The notes under the pieces were generated by a model, which saw only the letters and a list, made by a program, of their open reading frames with translations, was not told the DNA's origin and ran no database searches. A stretch of 64,000 bases of DNA from NCBI GenBank assembly GCA_002269645.1, contig NIVC01001667.1:1-64000 (forward strand), given 5' to 3'. Position numbers and translations under genes: made by a program. Positions 13,201 through 24,681 of this stretch are shown piece after piece (within the stretch, counting starts at the first letter, position 1; every line of letters begins with the position of its first letter). This stretch comes from Macrostomum lignano (taxonomy: Eukaryota).

Positions 13201-14579
13201 CCCGTGGTTCACCTATACCTCTAGTGCACCCCACGTAGAAGAGAAAATCACGCGGCGAACAGAGGACTCGACTGGCGGCCTAACTAGCATCCGAGACCCA
13301 CTGGGAAGCAAGCTGTCGAAACGACGTCAGTTTTCCATGTCGATTCGATGGATGCAAATGTCGCGGTGCAACGACGTTGTTTCGAGGTGGGTGGTACACC
13401 TTCATTTCAACGTCGATGCTGCGTCGTTTCGCCTTCGTTCTGCGACGTCGATTCGATGTTGCTTTACACGTATATGTACACACATGTACAATCGATTTGA
13501 ATAGTATCATTGCACCCACAAGTGCATATTGGAAAATAACGAATGCAAGACAAGAAGTCCAAGACAGAGTTCATATGCGTGTGCAACATGCACGGCAACA
13601 GTTTGCGAAAATCATTGACCGCAAGTATAATTGCTAGGACCGTGACGAAACAAGATATGAGCAATTTACATGTATTTGACACTCACACTCACACGTATTG
13701 TATTAATTTGCTCAGGTTGCATGTAAAAATCAACTAAAATATACTTTACGAGTATAAAATTGAATGGACATGTAAAGGATCAGCGAATCCACAAACGCCA
13801 ACAGACTGCTCACGCAACAAATCGACACTTAAAAGACAATTACAATAATAGGCTCGTAAAGAAATACCATTGCTTATCAATTTCGGTGCAACTGTGATTA
13901 CACACAACAGGCTATGTACAGAACAGGGCACCGTATATCCGCGCGCTTTGCCCACATTTGCCAGACAGAACTCCATGGCCCTCTTGTTGATGGAAAAATG
14001 GATCATGAAAAATAGTAACTCGAAAATCAGTTCCATAATATCACCTGATGGGTCTTATGGGGGACACTTCTTCCTCGATCCCAGAGTCATCATCACTTTC
14101 AGGAGGAGACACGCTTTGGGAATTTCCTGGCTCCCAATCACGTTCTTGCCAATCGTCATCAGCATCATCAGAATCTTCTTCAGCTGGCGCCACGTGCTCA
14201 ATGGACTCCTGCCCTGTGGCCTCTTGCAGGCCTTCAGAATCACGAAGTAGCTGCATCATGGTGAGGCGAGCCATCCGGTTTGTCTTCTGTGCAGACGCCA
14301 TCGTCTCAAAGTCAGTAGCTGTAATAAATCAGATTATTTAATTTAATATAATAATTTAATATAGCCCTTTGTTCTAACTTTTTGGCTATAGGAATATTAT
14401 CCAAGAAAACAAGATGGATTTCATTTGACTTAGTTATACAAATTTAGATGTCAAAATAATTTAACAATTGGAAATTAGGATTACCCAATCTATCTTTTAA
14501 TCTATCTTAAACTTAAGATATTATCATCATCTTCTTCTATACACTAAAATTCATCTTTATACATTCTAAAGATATAAAC

Positions 14580-14830
14580 TCCAAGACAGTGGAGTCGCAG
14601 CTGGGCTCGGCGCACTCCGGCTGCTCCATACCGCGCCTTTCAAGCTGACGAGAGCGTCGGGACAGAGGCGGCCTGTACTAGAGGGCCCAGCTGCAAGGTG
14701 GCGACTTCAACAGGAGGGTCACGTGATCCAGGCCGAGAGCTGCTGCCCCCAAGCCTCTACAGGACGTCCTGCTGCTCAACTTGCAGGGCCATTTAGGCTG
14801 CCCAGGTGCGAATCTGAATTCGTCGTTCAC
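14580..14830 (+). mobile_element. Decayed LINE RT C-terminal fragment (probably the same element as 12860-13200)
   Basis: Frameshifted translation TVESQLGSAHSG..TAFQA...LY*RA...GHVIQAESCCPQPLQDVLLLNLQGPFR resembles the post-RT region of RTE-like LINEs (recognised from memory). Confidence 0.5.
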
Positions 14831-14934
14831 TCACTCAGTTGTCCCACTCGCGCTCGCTCCGCGCCATATAGAGCGATGCATTTGACGCATCCAGACTTTC
14901 CGGACTATGTAGCTTAACATTACTGCAATCACTT

Positions 14935-15090
14935 TAAAGTGGTTAGAGCGTCGGACGCACAACTGAAAGGTCGGAAGTTCGATTCTCGATTCCACTGGAA
15001 CAAATTCGTGCCCTTGAGCAAGAAGATCCTTAACTCTGCATTGCTTTAGTTCACCCAGTTGTAAAATTGGTGCCAGCGTTATAGCTGCGG
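14935..15090 (+). mobile_element. tRNA-derived SINE
   Basis: A-box-like GTGGTTAGAGCG, B-box-like AGTTCGATTC, then a GTGCCCTTGAGCAAG..CTTAACTC..CCAGTTGTAAAATTGG body typical of conserved-core SINEs; no tRNA acceptor stem. Confidence 0.7.
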
Positions 15091-15276
15091 TAATAGAGTG
15101 TTTGTGTGTGTGGCGGTACACGCGAGGAAAGAAATAAACGAGAGAGAGGACCACGCGTCCTTTAAAAGTTGGCTAGGAGAGGTGTACTCACCACAAGTGC
15201 AATACGAGTTCTCGTTTCTTAGAAAATTTTAGAAAGCAGGTTTTCCCGAAAAAATACACTACGGAGATAGGAAATT

Positions 15277-15737
15277 CTCATTTTTTAGCACAAAAATTGC
15301 TATTGCTTTTGATAGGAGGCAGATCCAGTGTTCATCTTTTGATATGTTGTGCCCTTCTTATTGCTCTATCGATATTTGTAAAGCTTTTCGTGCAAAGAAT
15401 TAGGATTCTATGTAATTTTTTTATTCTACATATACGTACGTTTTATGAATCTATTTTATAATCTCTGTTACAGATAATTGTTATACAGTCCGCTAAGAAT
15501 GATGAAATAGACTCAAAAAGCCAAAGAACTGAGCCGTGCCATTTTAATGGTTTTTAGGCACAAGATACATGTACGTGCAAATGTACGTTGAATAAAAAAT
15601 TCACAAAGAATCCTAATTCTTTGAACGAAAACCTTTATGAATATCAATAGAGCAATAAGAAAGGCACAACATTTCAAAAGATGAACACTGGATCTGCCTC
15701 CTATCAAAAGCAACAACAACTTCTGTGCTGAAATGAG
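15277..15737. mobile_element. MITE/foldback with about 130-bp inverted arms
   Basis: 15277-15409 is the reverse complement of 15606-15737 (e.g. TTTGATAGGAGGCAGATCCAGTGTTCATCTTTTGA / TCAAAAGATGAACACTGGATCTGCCTCCTATCAAA). Confidence 0.75.
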
Positions 15738-16357
15738 GCTTCCCGTCCTTATACTTAAGTCGTCCTTGTGTACACCCTGTCTGAGCGTGCGTATGAGTGC
15801 GTGCTTGCGAACAGTATTGGCGCGCTTGTACATGTACATATATGTGCTCAGGGGTCAGCGGAATGGGCGAGGTCGTAAATACAGCTTTGCAGCAGGTGTA
15901 CAGGAAATTTCAACAGAAGCAGCGGTTGCCATTGGTACAGAACATCACCAAAATCGGGCCGCCATGCAGGTAACTTCTTCATCTATCAGCTTCCATCAAG
16001 GATAGCATCTTTTCAGATAATGTTAAACAGAGTAGTTTACAAAGACTCGATCAACTCACATGGCCACTTCGGTTCGGAACTATCTTACTTCATAGCCAAC
16101 GAGTTGTTAGCTAAAGAAAGCGAAGACTACACAGTTTGTAGAACTTGCCTTTGATTTTGAAAACTTCAACAGCAGACGATAACTGAGATCTATGCAGACG
16201 CTTACATTAGATTAACTAACGACATTAGCTAACGACCAACCAACTAAGTCATCGAAAGTTAAAGATTGATGGTCAATACACACTGCAACTTTTTCTAGCA
16301 AAATCTAGAATTGTGAATCACAGTTTGCCTTTAACACTTGCTAAGTTCTGTACCAGC

Positions 16358-17554
16358 TCAATCTGAGTCAAATAGCCAGCTTGCATCTGTGAAATCCTTG
16401 TGAACCCAAACAAGGTTATAATCCTCAAAGCCTATATCCTTAATGTCGATAACTCTGGTCGGATGGACCATAGTCCTCGGGCTGTAGCGCCTCTCAGCGA
16501 AGAAGCTGATCATGAACTGGCGCTCCTCCTCGCTCATGTGCTTCCTCAGCCACTCCATGTGCACCACGGGAATCGTGACGCTGTCGAACAGCTTCTGCGC
16601 GCTCTTGAAGAACTCGCCTTCGCCTCCTTCGATGTCGACCTTCAACACGACCAGCTTCGTGTCGATGAGCGGCACGATGGAGTCCGCGGTGGCCGACATC
16701 ACCGGGATCGTGTCGACGACGGCCCTGCCGAACTTGGTGGCGCCGCCCATGTTGCAGTCCTTCGGGAAGTTCAGGTACATGAGCGACACCTGCCTGCTGA
16801 CGAAGTTCCACAGCAGCTGCAGCTTGTGAGGCGAATTGGCCGCCTCGGCTGACAGCTTGATTCGAATCAGGTTGCGGATGTTCGCATCCAGCGCGATGAC
16901 GGGCACTCCGAGATCGAGGACCGGCAGGCTGAACACGCCGATGTTCGAGCCGACGTCCACGAAGGTGACGGGCGACTTGGCGGCCAGCTTGCGAATGATT
17001 TGCTGCATGATGCGGACGTTCCGCTCCTCGAAGACATGCGAGCCATGAATTAAGGTCGAGATCAGGTCAGGACTTGAGTACACGAAACTGACAACGTTTC
17101 TCTGGGTGAGGGGGCTTCTGATGTATGTCTGAAGGCTTCCAGCTCTGACGCCTTCGATGAGCACGTGCGGCAGGTGCTGCTTGAGTCGACAAAGTGGAAA
17201 CGCGCTGTCCACGATGGTGTAGGCGGCGGCGCCTTCGCAGATGCTCTCGCTGATGGACTTGTGCAGGAAGTTGACGCTGCGGAGCTCTCGATAGGCGTCA
17301 CACATTTTTTCTGGCAGCGGTCTGTGAATGACCGGCGGGATGCTCGATTGGTAGGATTTCTGCAGTGCCGGTTGGTTCAAGGCGTTGGACTCAGATTCTG
17401 TCCTGCGATATTCGCGTACTGCACTCTTTGGTTTTGCTGCCACGGCTTTGTCTTGTGACGGATTGAGGCTGCGGCTGCTGTGGTATACTTCACTCACAAG
17501 CCAGACGGATATAGCTGTCAATAAAATAACAAGTGCAGTTTTCGACCACTTCAT
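16358..17554 (-). CDS. FkbM-family (Methyltransf_21) SAM-dependent methyltransferase with N-terminal signal anchor, copy 1 (398 aa)
   Basis: Single ORF; hydrophobic anchor TALVILLTAISVWLV after MKWSK; motif I FVDVGSNIG; LKVDIEGGE motif; splice acceptor TTGCAG 5 nt before ATG. Confidence 0.9.
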   Translation of the reverse strand: MKWSKTALVILLTAISVWLVSEVYHSSRSLNPSQDKAVAAKPKSAVREYRRTESESNALNQPALQKSYQSSIPPVIHRPLPEKMCDAYRELRSVNFLHKSISESICEGAAAYTIVDSAFPLCRLKQHLPHVLIEGVRAGSLQTYIRSPLTQRNVVSFVYSSPDLISTLIHGSHVFEERNVRIMQQIIRKLAAKSPVTFVDVGSNIGVFSLPVLDLGVPVIALDANIRNLIRIKLSAEAANSPHKLQLLWNFVSRQVSLMYLNFPKDCNMGGATKFGRAVVDTIPVMSATADSIVPLIDTKLVVLKVDIEGGEGEFFKSAQKLFDSVTIPVVHMEWLRKHMSEEERQFMISFFAERRYSPRTMVHPTRVIDIKDIGFEDYNLVWVHKDFTDASWLFDSD

Positions 17555-18354
17555 TGTTCCTGCAATTTATGTGTTTTTTATTCAGTTTTAATTTGCATTT
17601 CGACCGGACTGCCGTCAGGTGTGCTCCAAAGAATTCAGCACTAAATTCTCACAATACGAGCTATCTCAATATCTGAGCTTCTAGATTGCAAACTAAGCAA
17701 GCAGGCATTCTGTTCGAAGGAGCACTTACAAAGTCTGTCTGTAAAAATGCACTAAACAGACAGTAACAGCAGAAAGGTGCTTTTTCTCATCAGCACCGGC
17801 ACCCAAGCACCAAGGGGCGGAAGTTAAAAATCAACACATGTGCATGTACTGTACTCAAGCAGCTTACCTTTATTGGAATCAATTTTTTCGCTTTCTTAAA
17901 TCAAAACTTTGCCTATAGCTACCGGTAGTTTATGGAATCGAGCTGTTAAACTTTGTCGAGTACGGTCCGTTGTCTATCGTTATGAATCATTGGCCCGTCT
18001 CCCTGAGCACGTCTCCCTGCGGTGTATTTGAGCGCTCTCTCCTACAGTCCGTGTTAAATAACTCTTATTGCTGAGGTCTCTAGAAAGACAAGAGAAGAAA
18101 GTGAGGAAGAAGAGTCGAAGCCTCGGGAGTCACGAAGCTGTAGAATGTATTTGAAGAGTCTTAAAAGCAAATAAATTCAGTATTGGACGCATTGCTCTGT
18201 CGATCTAATGGGTCACTTAGTAAACATCATTGAGTAAATTAAGCAAGGTAAAAACTGCACTGGACAGAATATTTTTACTCTGGAATTAGAGAACTATAAG
18301 TATCAACCATTCAGAAAACCGAAGACAGCCTCAGGAAACACGATACAAAGATCG

Positions 18355-18810
18355 GGTGCAGAGCAGCTCAGTGGTATACGCGTCTGACTCACGCCCCACG
18401 GCCTCTGGTTCGATTCCATGTGTTCAGGAGAATTGGCCATGCAGTTGTGGGGGGGGGTTCGTGCGATTTACATCCGTGAGGCGAATCTTGGGGGCGATTA
18501 CCACGTTGCTCACCCAAGCACTGGCGCTGATCTTCTCGATAATTTGCTCCTCCGTTACCGCCTCCTTACCGCCACCGTTACCGTGTCTGAATCACTGGGT
18601 GAGCATCCAGGACAACTCATTCAATACTAGGCCAATACTTCCCAAGCACTACTGTCCATTTGTTGCCGTACGAACATTGTTTCCAAGTGCAGTCAAATTA
18701 ATTTGTGGCTAAATTGGAATCTCGGCTGGGCTCCGCTCGTGCAATTAACGGCCTTGAGGGCCAACCCCAAGGCACAGTGAAGTGTACATGCCTAACGATA
18801 AATAAATTTA
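18355..18810 (+). mobile_element. tRNA-derived SINE interrupted by a 262-bp insert
   Basis: A-box AGCTCAGTGGTA, B-box GGTTCGATTCC, then after the insert AAGTGCAGTCA..GGCTAAATTGGAATCTCG..GTGCAATTAACGGCCTTGAG, shared with copies at 21855-21948/23500-23630 and 40890-40990. Confidence 0.7.
18419..18680 (-). mobile_element. Ty3/Gypsy reverse transcriptase fragment
   Basis: Minus-strand translation VLDAHPVIQTR..AV(R)EAVTEEQIIEKISASAWVSNVVIAPK-IRL matches the Gypsy RT N-terminal pattern GIIEKI.ASPWVSN.V..PK..IRL; insert flanked by TTCCA at 18414-18418 and 18681-18685. Confidence 0.6.
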
Positions 18811-19639
18811 GGGCCGCTGTACACTCCTGTGTGAGTGTGTGCCTGCGCGTATGACTGCGTACGTATCCGCGCGCTTGTGTGCCTGCTCAGGGGAGTCGGC
18901 GGAATGGGCAGCAATGCCTCTAGCCGGTTGTGTGACAATGTCGCTTAAAGTGCGCCAGGGTGCACACAGCCTCCGGCCTCTAATTATCAATGTAAATAAT
19001 TGAACTATTTTTAGCAGCTAAAATTAAATCATTTAACATCTAACCATATATTCTTGTTGATCAACTTAAACCAGCCGTTTGAAAGGTAAAATTTCTGGAC
19101 CCAAGCTGACCCAAGCTGACCCAAGCTGACGTTAATGATGAGCAGCACAATTGACTTCAGAGCTAAGTCTATTGAGAAGCAATCCGGTCGAGTGCAAACA
19201 ACACTGCTTATTGAGTGTTTACCTGCTTGATTTACTTAATGACGTTCGCTCAATGTCGATGACCCTTTGAATTGACAAAACAAACAGTAAGTTCTCGGTA
19301 TTTGTTTTGTGGCCTTGGAGCCTTCAGTTTTCGCTAATTCTACCATCAGCTGTGCAACCATTGCAAACAGTTTAGTTTCATAGTTATAGAACTCATATAT
19401 AACAGGCAACGCAGGTAAATCATATGCTGAGATTAAGTAACAAAATTATAGACAGCGGAATTTATCAGTTCATTTATCAGGTAAGCTGTTCGATTAACAA
19501 TTTGCACCTGCATGCATACACATGACGATGAGCCAACTGTCAGAAGACGCTTAGCTTATGCAGTTCACAATCTGAATATATAAATGCCAATAAAAAGTAA
19601 ATCAAAAAATCACTTACATTGCAGGTACGAGCAGGAACA

Positions 19640-20842
19640 ATGAATTGTTCGAAAACTGCACTTGTCATTTTATTGATGGCGATGTTTATCTGGATTCTGA
19701 GTGAAATATATCACAGAAGCCGCAGCAGCAGACTCAGTTCGTCACAAGACAAAGCCGTGGCAGCAAAACCACAGAGTGCAGTACGCGAATATCGCAGGAC
19801 AGAATCTGAGTCCAACGCCGTGAACCAACCGGCACTGCAGAAATCCTACCAATCGAGCATCCCGCCGGTCATTCACAGACCGCTGCCAGAAAAAATGTGT
19901 GACGCCTATCGAGAGCTCCGCGGCGTCAACTTCCTGCACAAGTCCATCAGCGAGAGCATCTGCGAAGGTGTCGCCGCCTACACCATCGTGGACAGCGCGT
20001 TTCCACTGTGCCGACTCAAGCAGCACCTGCCGCAGGTGCTCATTGAAGGCGTCAGAGCTGGAAGCCTTCAGACATACATCAGAAGCCCCCTCACCCAGAA
20101 AAACGTCACCAGCTTCGTCTACTCCAGTACCGACTACATCTCGGCTACAATTCACGGCTCGCACATCTTCGAAGAGCGGAACGTCCGCACCATGCAGCGA
20201 ATCATTCGCAAGCTGGCCGCCAAGTCGCCCGTCACCTTCGTGGACGTCGGCTCGAACATCGGCGTGTTCAGCCTGTCGGTCCTCGATCTCGGAGTGCCCG
20301 TCATCGCGCTGGACGCGAACATCCGCAACCTGATTCGAATCAAGCTGTCAGCCGAGGCGGCCAATTCGCCTCACAAGCTGCAGCTGCTGTGGAACTTCGT
20401 CAGCAGGCAGGTGTCGCTCATGTACCTGAACTTCCCGGAGGACTGCAATATGGGCGGCGCCACCAAGTTCGGCAGGGCCGTCGTCGACACGATCCCGGTG
20501 ATGTCGGCCACCGCGGACTCCATCGTGCCGCTCATCGACACGAAGCTGGTCGTGTTGAAGGTCGACATCGAAGGAGGCGAAGGCGAGTTCTTCAAGAGCG
20601 CGAAGAAGCTTTTCGACACCTTCACGATTCCCGTGGTGCACATGGAGTGGCTGAGGAAGCACATGAGCGAGGAGGAGCGCCAGTTCATGATCAGCTTCTT
20701 CGCTGAGAGGCGCTACAGCCCGAGGAGCATGAACAATCTGACGAAGTTGATCAACATCAGCCACACAGGGTATCAGGGAGATGACCTTGTTTGGGTGCAC
20801 AACAACTTCGAGGATGCAGGCGGTATTGTTAACTTAAATTGA
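19640..20842 (+). CDS. FkbM-family methyltransferase with signal anchor, copy 2 (400 aa from ATG 19640)
   Basis: Inverted paralogue of 16358-17554; MNCSKTALVILLMAMFIWIL anchor, [18 protein letters not shown]; AATAAA at 21039-21044. The ORF-track start at 19619 is a TTG inside the acceptor region. Confidence 0.9.
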   Translation: MNCSKTALVILLMAMFIWILSEIYHRSRSSRLSSSQDKAVAAKPQSAVREYRRTESESNAVNQPALQKSYQSSIPPVIHRPLPEKMCDAYRELRGVNFLHKSISESICEGVAAYTIVDSAFPLCRLKQHLPQVLIEGVRAGSLQTYIRSPLTQKNVTSFVYSSTDYISATIHGSHIFEERNVRTMQRIIRKLAAKSPVTFVDVGSNIGVFSLSVLDLGVPVIALDANIRNLIRIKLSAEAANSPHKLQLLWNFVSRQVSLMYLNFPEDCNMGGATKFGRAVVDTIPVMSATADSIVPLIDTKLVVLKVDIEGGEGEFFKSAKKLFDTFTIPVVHMEWLRKHMSEEERQFMISFFAERRYSPRSMNNLTKLINISHTGYQGDDLVWVHNNFEDAGGIVNLN

Positions 20843-21854
20843 GTAGCTATTTCAAATCTGTTTCACTGAAAGGCGTGTGTTATGAGCCATATATGCCAGC
20901 TTTGTAGACCATCTTTATGCGTGTTTTGTAGTCATAAAATGTCTGATTTTTTATAAGTGCGTAAGTGCGTTGATCGCTGCAGAATGTAGTTTTTTGATTT
21001 TTACTCATTTTTGACTTGGTCCGTATCTACTAACAGCTAATAAAGATAAGAAAATTAATTTAGCTGGCTAGATTATATTTTTTGAATATTGACATTGATA
21101 TCTTCCTAAACTATTGGCAATACAATCTAAAGTCCAATATCTCAATACTCGTATACGGATTTATTGTGTTTATTCACTCGAAACCACAGATATTGGAATA
21201 ACTACATGCGGATGGGCCATTTAGCACATTTGCGTGTAAACAAACTGAAGTGTATTGTAAATGCACCTAATACTTGTAGCTCATACCCGTACTTTGCGGA
21301 TTAGCGTTTCCCTGTTATTGCCCTATTCATTTATGTCTATGACTGCGACCTTATTGCCTTCCGCCGAGTGTGTCTTCTCTCTAAGCAAGTCGTCGGCACG
21401 AAGCTACTCGTATTGCAGCGCAAACATAAAGCACAGGATTACAAGACATAACACTTACATTACAAGACATATTTTCAGTTCAGTAGTAAATTTTAATCAA
21501 GCATTTTAATGTACTTTTAAAGCCAAGGCTCATTTATTGGCTCTTACCACTCAGCTTTAACCCTCTAACGGCGCCTTTCCACACCACCCCCGCCCCGCCC
21601 CAAATTTATTGCCTTTCTCAGAATTACCGCCTAAAATTCCAACCATGTACATTTCAGCTGACTCACTAATGTACGAGTACATTATTGCTGAACTAATTAG
21701 CAAGTTGTTTACGCCTGCAAGCTTGGCTTCCATAGATAAACTTACCAGTCATTTCAGCCATAAAATAGCGTTATGCATTCTTTGCTACTTAACTGAAAGT
21801 AGAAAGTGTTTGTTTTACTAATTTTATAAATGTATGCCTGACTTGCACAGCGGT

Positions 21855-23630
21855 GATCACTTTATTTATCGTCAGGGTTGGGTCTCAAGGCTGTAGTTGC
21901 AGGAGCAGAGCCAAGACGAGATTCCAATTTAGCCCCGGATTAACAGTAGAACTACCAAGAGGGGGGGGCGAAATTCCCCCCCCCTGACAATTTTTTTCGC
22001 TGCGCCGGAACGGAGCAACGCAGGCACACGAATTTCAAGAACACGGGCTAACTTTTTGTTGCGCACCTTCTCAAACAAGAATCAAGTCGCCAGCCCTTCG
22101 GACTGTCGAGATATTCGACGATTCTGCCAGAAGGTCGGATTTTTCCCATAAGCGCCAGTGTATTCAGTACACCCCTGTGCGCCAATTAGCACTGCGCCTC
22201 AGTGCAGCCTTGCCAAGTCTCCAAATTTCATCAGCACGTCGAACACATGTGTCTGCCTCAGTTCTGACTTCGTTGGTCACTAGCCTTCACCCAAGTGGAG
22301 CTTCTGGACCCTCAACAGCTGTGGCACCAGGTGACTATGGACACCCTGATGCGGATTTCTCTAGTTTCGCCGATCAAGCCTCGACAGTGGGCAAGAATCA
22401 ACCGCCAGACATTCTCAGCTAGTCAGTCAAGCATTCCGTCATCATCCCGACGCCGTCGGCTCCTTCAACAGATTACACCAGGTGACTATGGACATCCCTG
22501 TTGCAAATATGTCAGGTTTTTCTTATCAAGCTTCAATAATGGGCAAACCTCAACTACTGAACATCCTCAGCAAGTCAGTCAAGCATTCAGCCATCACCCC
22601 GACGCCGTCGGCACCTTCAACAGGTGGCACCAGGGGAGTAAGGACACCTGAGCGTGATTTTTCATCATGCTCTTAACATTTCTGAATCATTAAAAATGAA
22701 AAAACCGACTGAATTTACTGGCTTCTTAAAAGCATAACCCTTTCTGCATAAAAATTGGGTTCAATATTATAGTTGAATAAACTAAACAGCTTTTCGAATA
22801 AAATATGTATGTAGCTCGTATGCATAAAAGTATGTGTAATAATAATATAAATATACAGCAACATAAGTTCAAGCTTAAGTATAGAAATTTCCGTGCTTGA
22901 AAAATTTTGAGAGCTTCAGAAATGTTAAGAGCATGATGAAAAATCACGCTCAGGTGTCCTTACTCCCCTGGTGCCACCTGTTGAAGGTGCCGACGGCGTC
23001 GGGATGATGACGGAATGCTTGAGAGACTAGCTGAGAATGTCTGGCGGTTGATTCTTGCCCACTGTCGAGGCTTGATCGGCGAAACTAGAGAAATCCGCAT
23101 CAGGGTGTCCATAGTCACCTGGTGCCACAGCTGTTGAGGGTCCAGAAGCTCCACTTGGGTGAAGGCCAGTAACCAACGAAGTCAGAGCTGATGCAGACAC
23201 ATGTGTTCGACGTGCTGATGAAATTTGGAGACTTGACAAGGCTGCACTGAGGCGCAGTGCTAATTGGCGCACAGGGGTGTACTGAATACACTATAGCACT
23301 TATGGGAAAAATCCGACCTTCTGGCAGAATCGTCGAATATCTCGACGGTCCGAAGGGCTGGCGACTTGATTCTTGTTTGAGAAGGTGCGCAACAAAAAGT
23401 TAGCCCGTGTTCTTGAAATTCGTGTGCCTGCGTTGCTCCGTTCCGGCGCAGCAAAAAAAATTGTCAGGGGGGGGGGGAATTTTCCCCCTCTTGGTAGTTC
23501 GACGGGCGGAAAAATGGCTTGGCATTCCTACTGTGTGACTGCACTTGGAATCGAGCCTGGGCCGCTGGCACATCATCACATGACCCCAGCGTCTGTGCTA
23601 GACGAACGCTGACCAACTGCTTAAAATTGA
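21855..23630 (-). mobile_element. Split SINE: head 23500-23630, tail 21855-21948
   Basis: Minus strand GGCTCGATTCCAAGTGCAGTCA (B-box plus family body) resumes after the foldback as GGCTAAATTGGAATCTCGTC..CCTTGAG, matching the 18355 SINE. Confidence 0.65.
21949..23499. mobile_element. Foldback element (about 1.55 kb) with long inverted arms, inserted in a SINE
   Basis: 21949-22685 and 22916-23499 are near-identical inverted copies (ends GAACTACCAAGAGGGG / CCCCTCTTGGTAGTTC); about 230-bp AT-rich spacer; left arm carries an extra internal duplication. Confidence 0.9.
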
Positions 23631-24055
23631 AACCCGGAAACTCAAAAAAATTCGGTGTTATTTTTCACATTCAATTTAATTCAATATACTCGTCTTCTAA
23701 TCTATTCTTTTCTATTCTACCCAAAAATATTCTACTCTGATCCATTATATTCTATTAATTCTACTATATTCTATTCTATTTTATCTATACTATTCTAATC
23801 ATTCTTGTCTGCCTTTTGGCTTGACCCCGTTCCTTTCAACGTTTCTCTTCTGCCTTTGTTAAACTGCACCAATATGCTTTCTTCGCTACTGGCAGCAGCA
23901 TAGGAAGTACATTGACTCCCTCCCTTTCTCCTAATGTTGAAGTCTTGATCATATACAGCATTTCGTATCCAAATTAATAGGGATTGCTGGTGATCCAATT
24001 ACTCGTAATAAACAAAAGAGACAAAACGCGCCACGACTCCTTTAGGTTCAATTAG

Positions 24056-24062
24056 CAAACGG

Positions 24063-24117
<55 letters not shown>

Positions 24118-24120
24118 CTA

Positions 24121-24165
<45 letters not shown>

Positions 24166-24168
24166 CTA

Positions 24169-24225
<57 letters not shown>

Positions 24226-24228
24226 CTA

Positions 24229-24277
<49 letters not shown>
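24056..24277. repeat. (GACA)n microsatellite
   Basis: Direct read. Confidence 0.97.
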
Positions 24278-24681
24278 CAAGGCATCTCTTGGCCACAGAT
24301 TGCATTTAGAGGTAAATAGTAAAATGAAGTACATAAAGCAGTATATTTTAGTGTACAGTGAATTCAACTGCAAGATCGCTTGTAATGATAATTCCCTAGT
24401 TTTAAATATAATAATATACAGTACAATATGTACTCGTACGTACTGTCTAATTAATTTTACTATAATTCATGCAATCGATAATCATGTCATTTTACAGTTT
24501 ATTGTTTGTACCTGTTAAGAAGTTTCACAAAAGTCTGATGGCATGTTGGAATCAGATTCAGCTATAAGTTACAAGTGGCGCTAAGCTTGTATTGGATAAT
24601 GGATAAATTCAGATTATTTATCAGACTGGTATTTACCTAAGACAACCTTGAATTCACTTGTTAAAGAAAACAGATACAGGA

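Noticed and set aside
14935-18420. tRNA genes at 14935 and 18355
   Set aside because: A and B boxes are present but there is no cloverleaf or acceptor stem, and SINE bodies follow.
16400-20800. Overlapping antisense and alternate-frame ORFs of 100-150 aa over the FkbM genes
   Set aside because: Shadow ORFs caused by high GC3 codon bias.
16358-20842. Bacterial contamination or recent horizontal island
   Set aside because: The genes have eukaryotic signal anchors, splice acceptors just before ATG and AATAAA, and are interleaved with host SINEs. Ancient transfer cannot be excluded without a phylogeny.
22177-23272. Paired 64-118 aa ORFs on opposite strands
   Set aside because: Mirror images within the foldback arms, with non-ATG or short frames; no recognisable domain.
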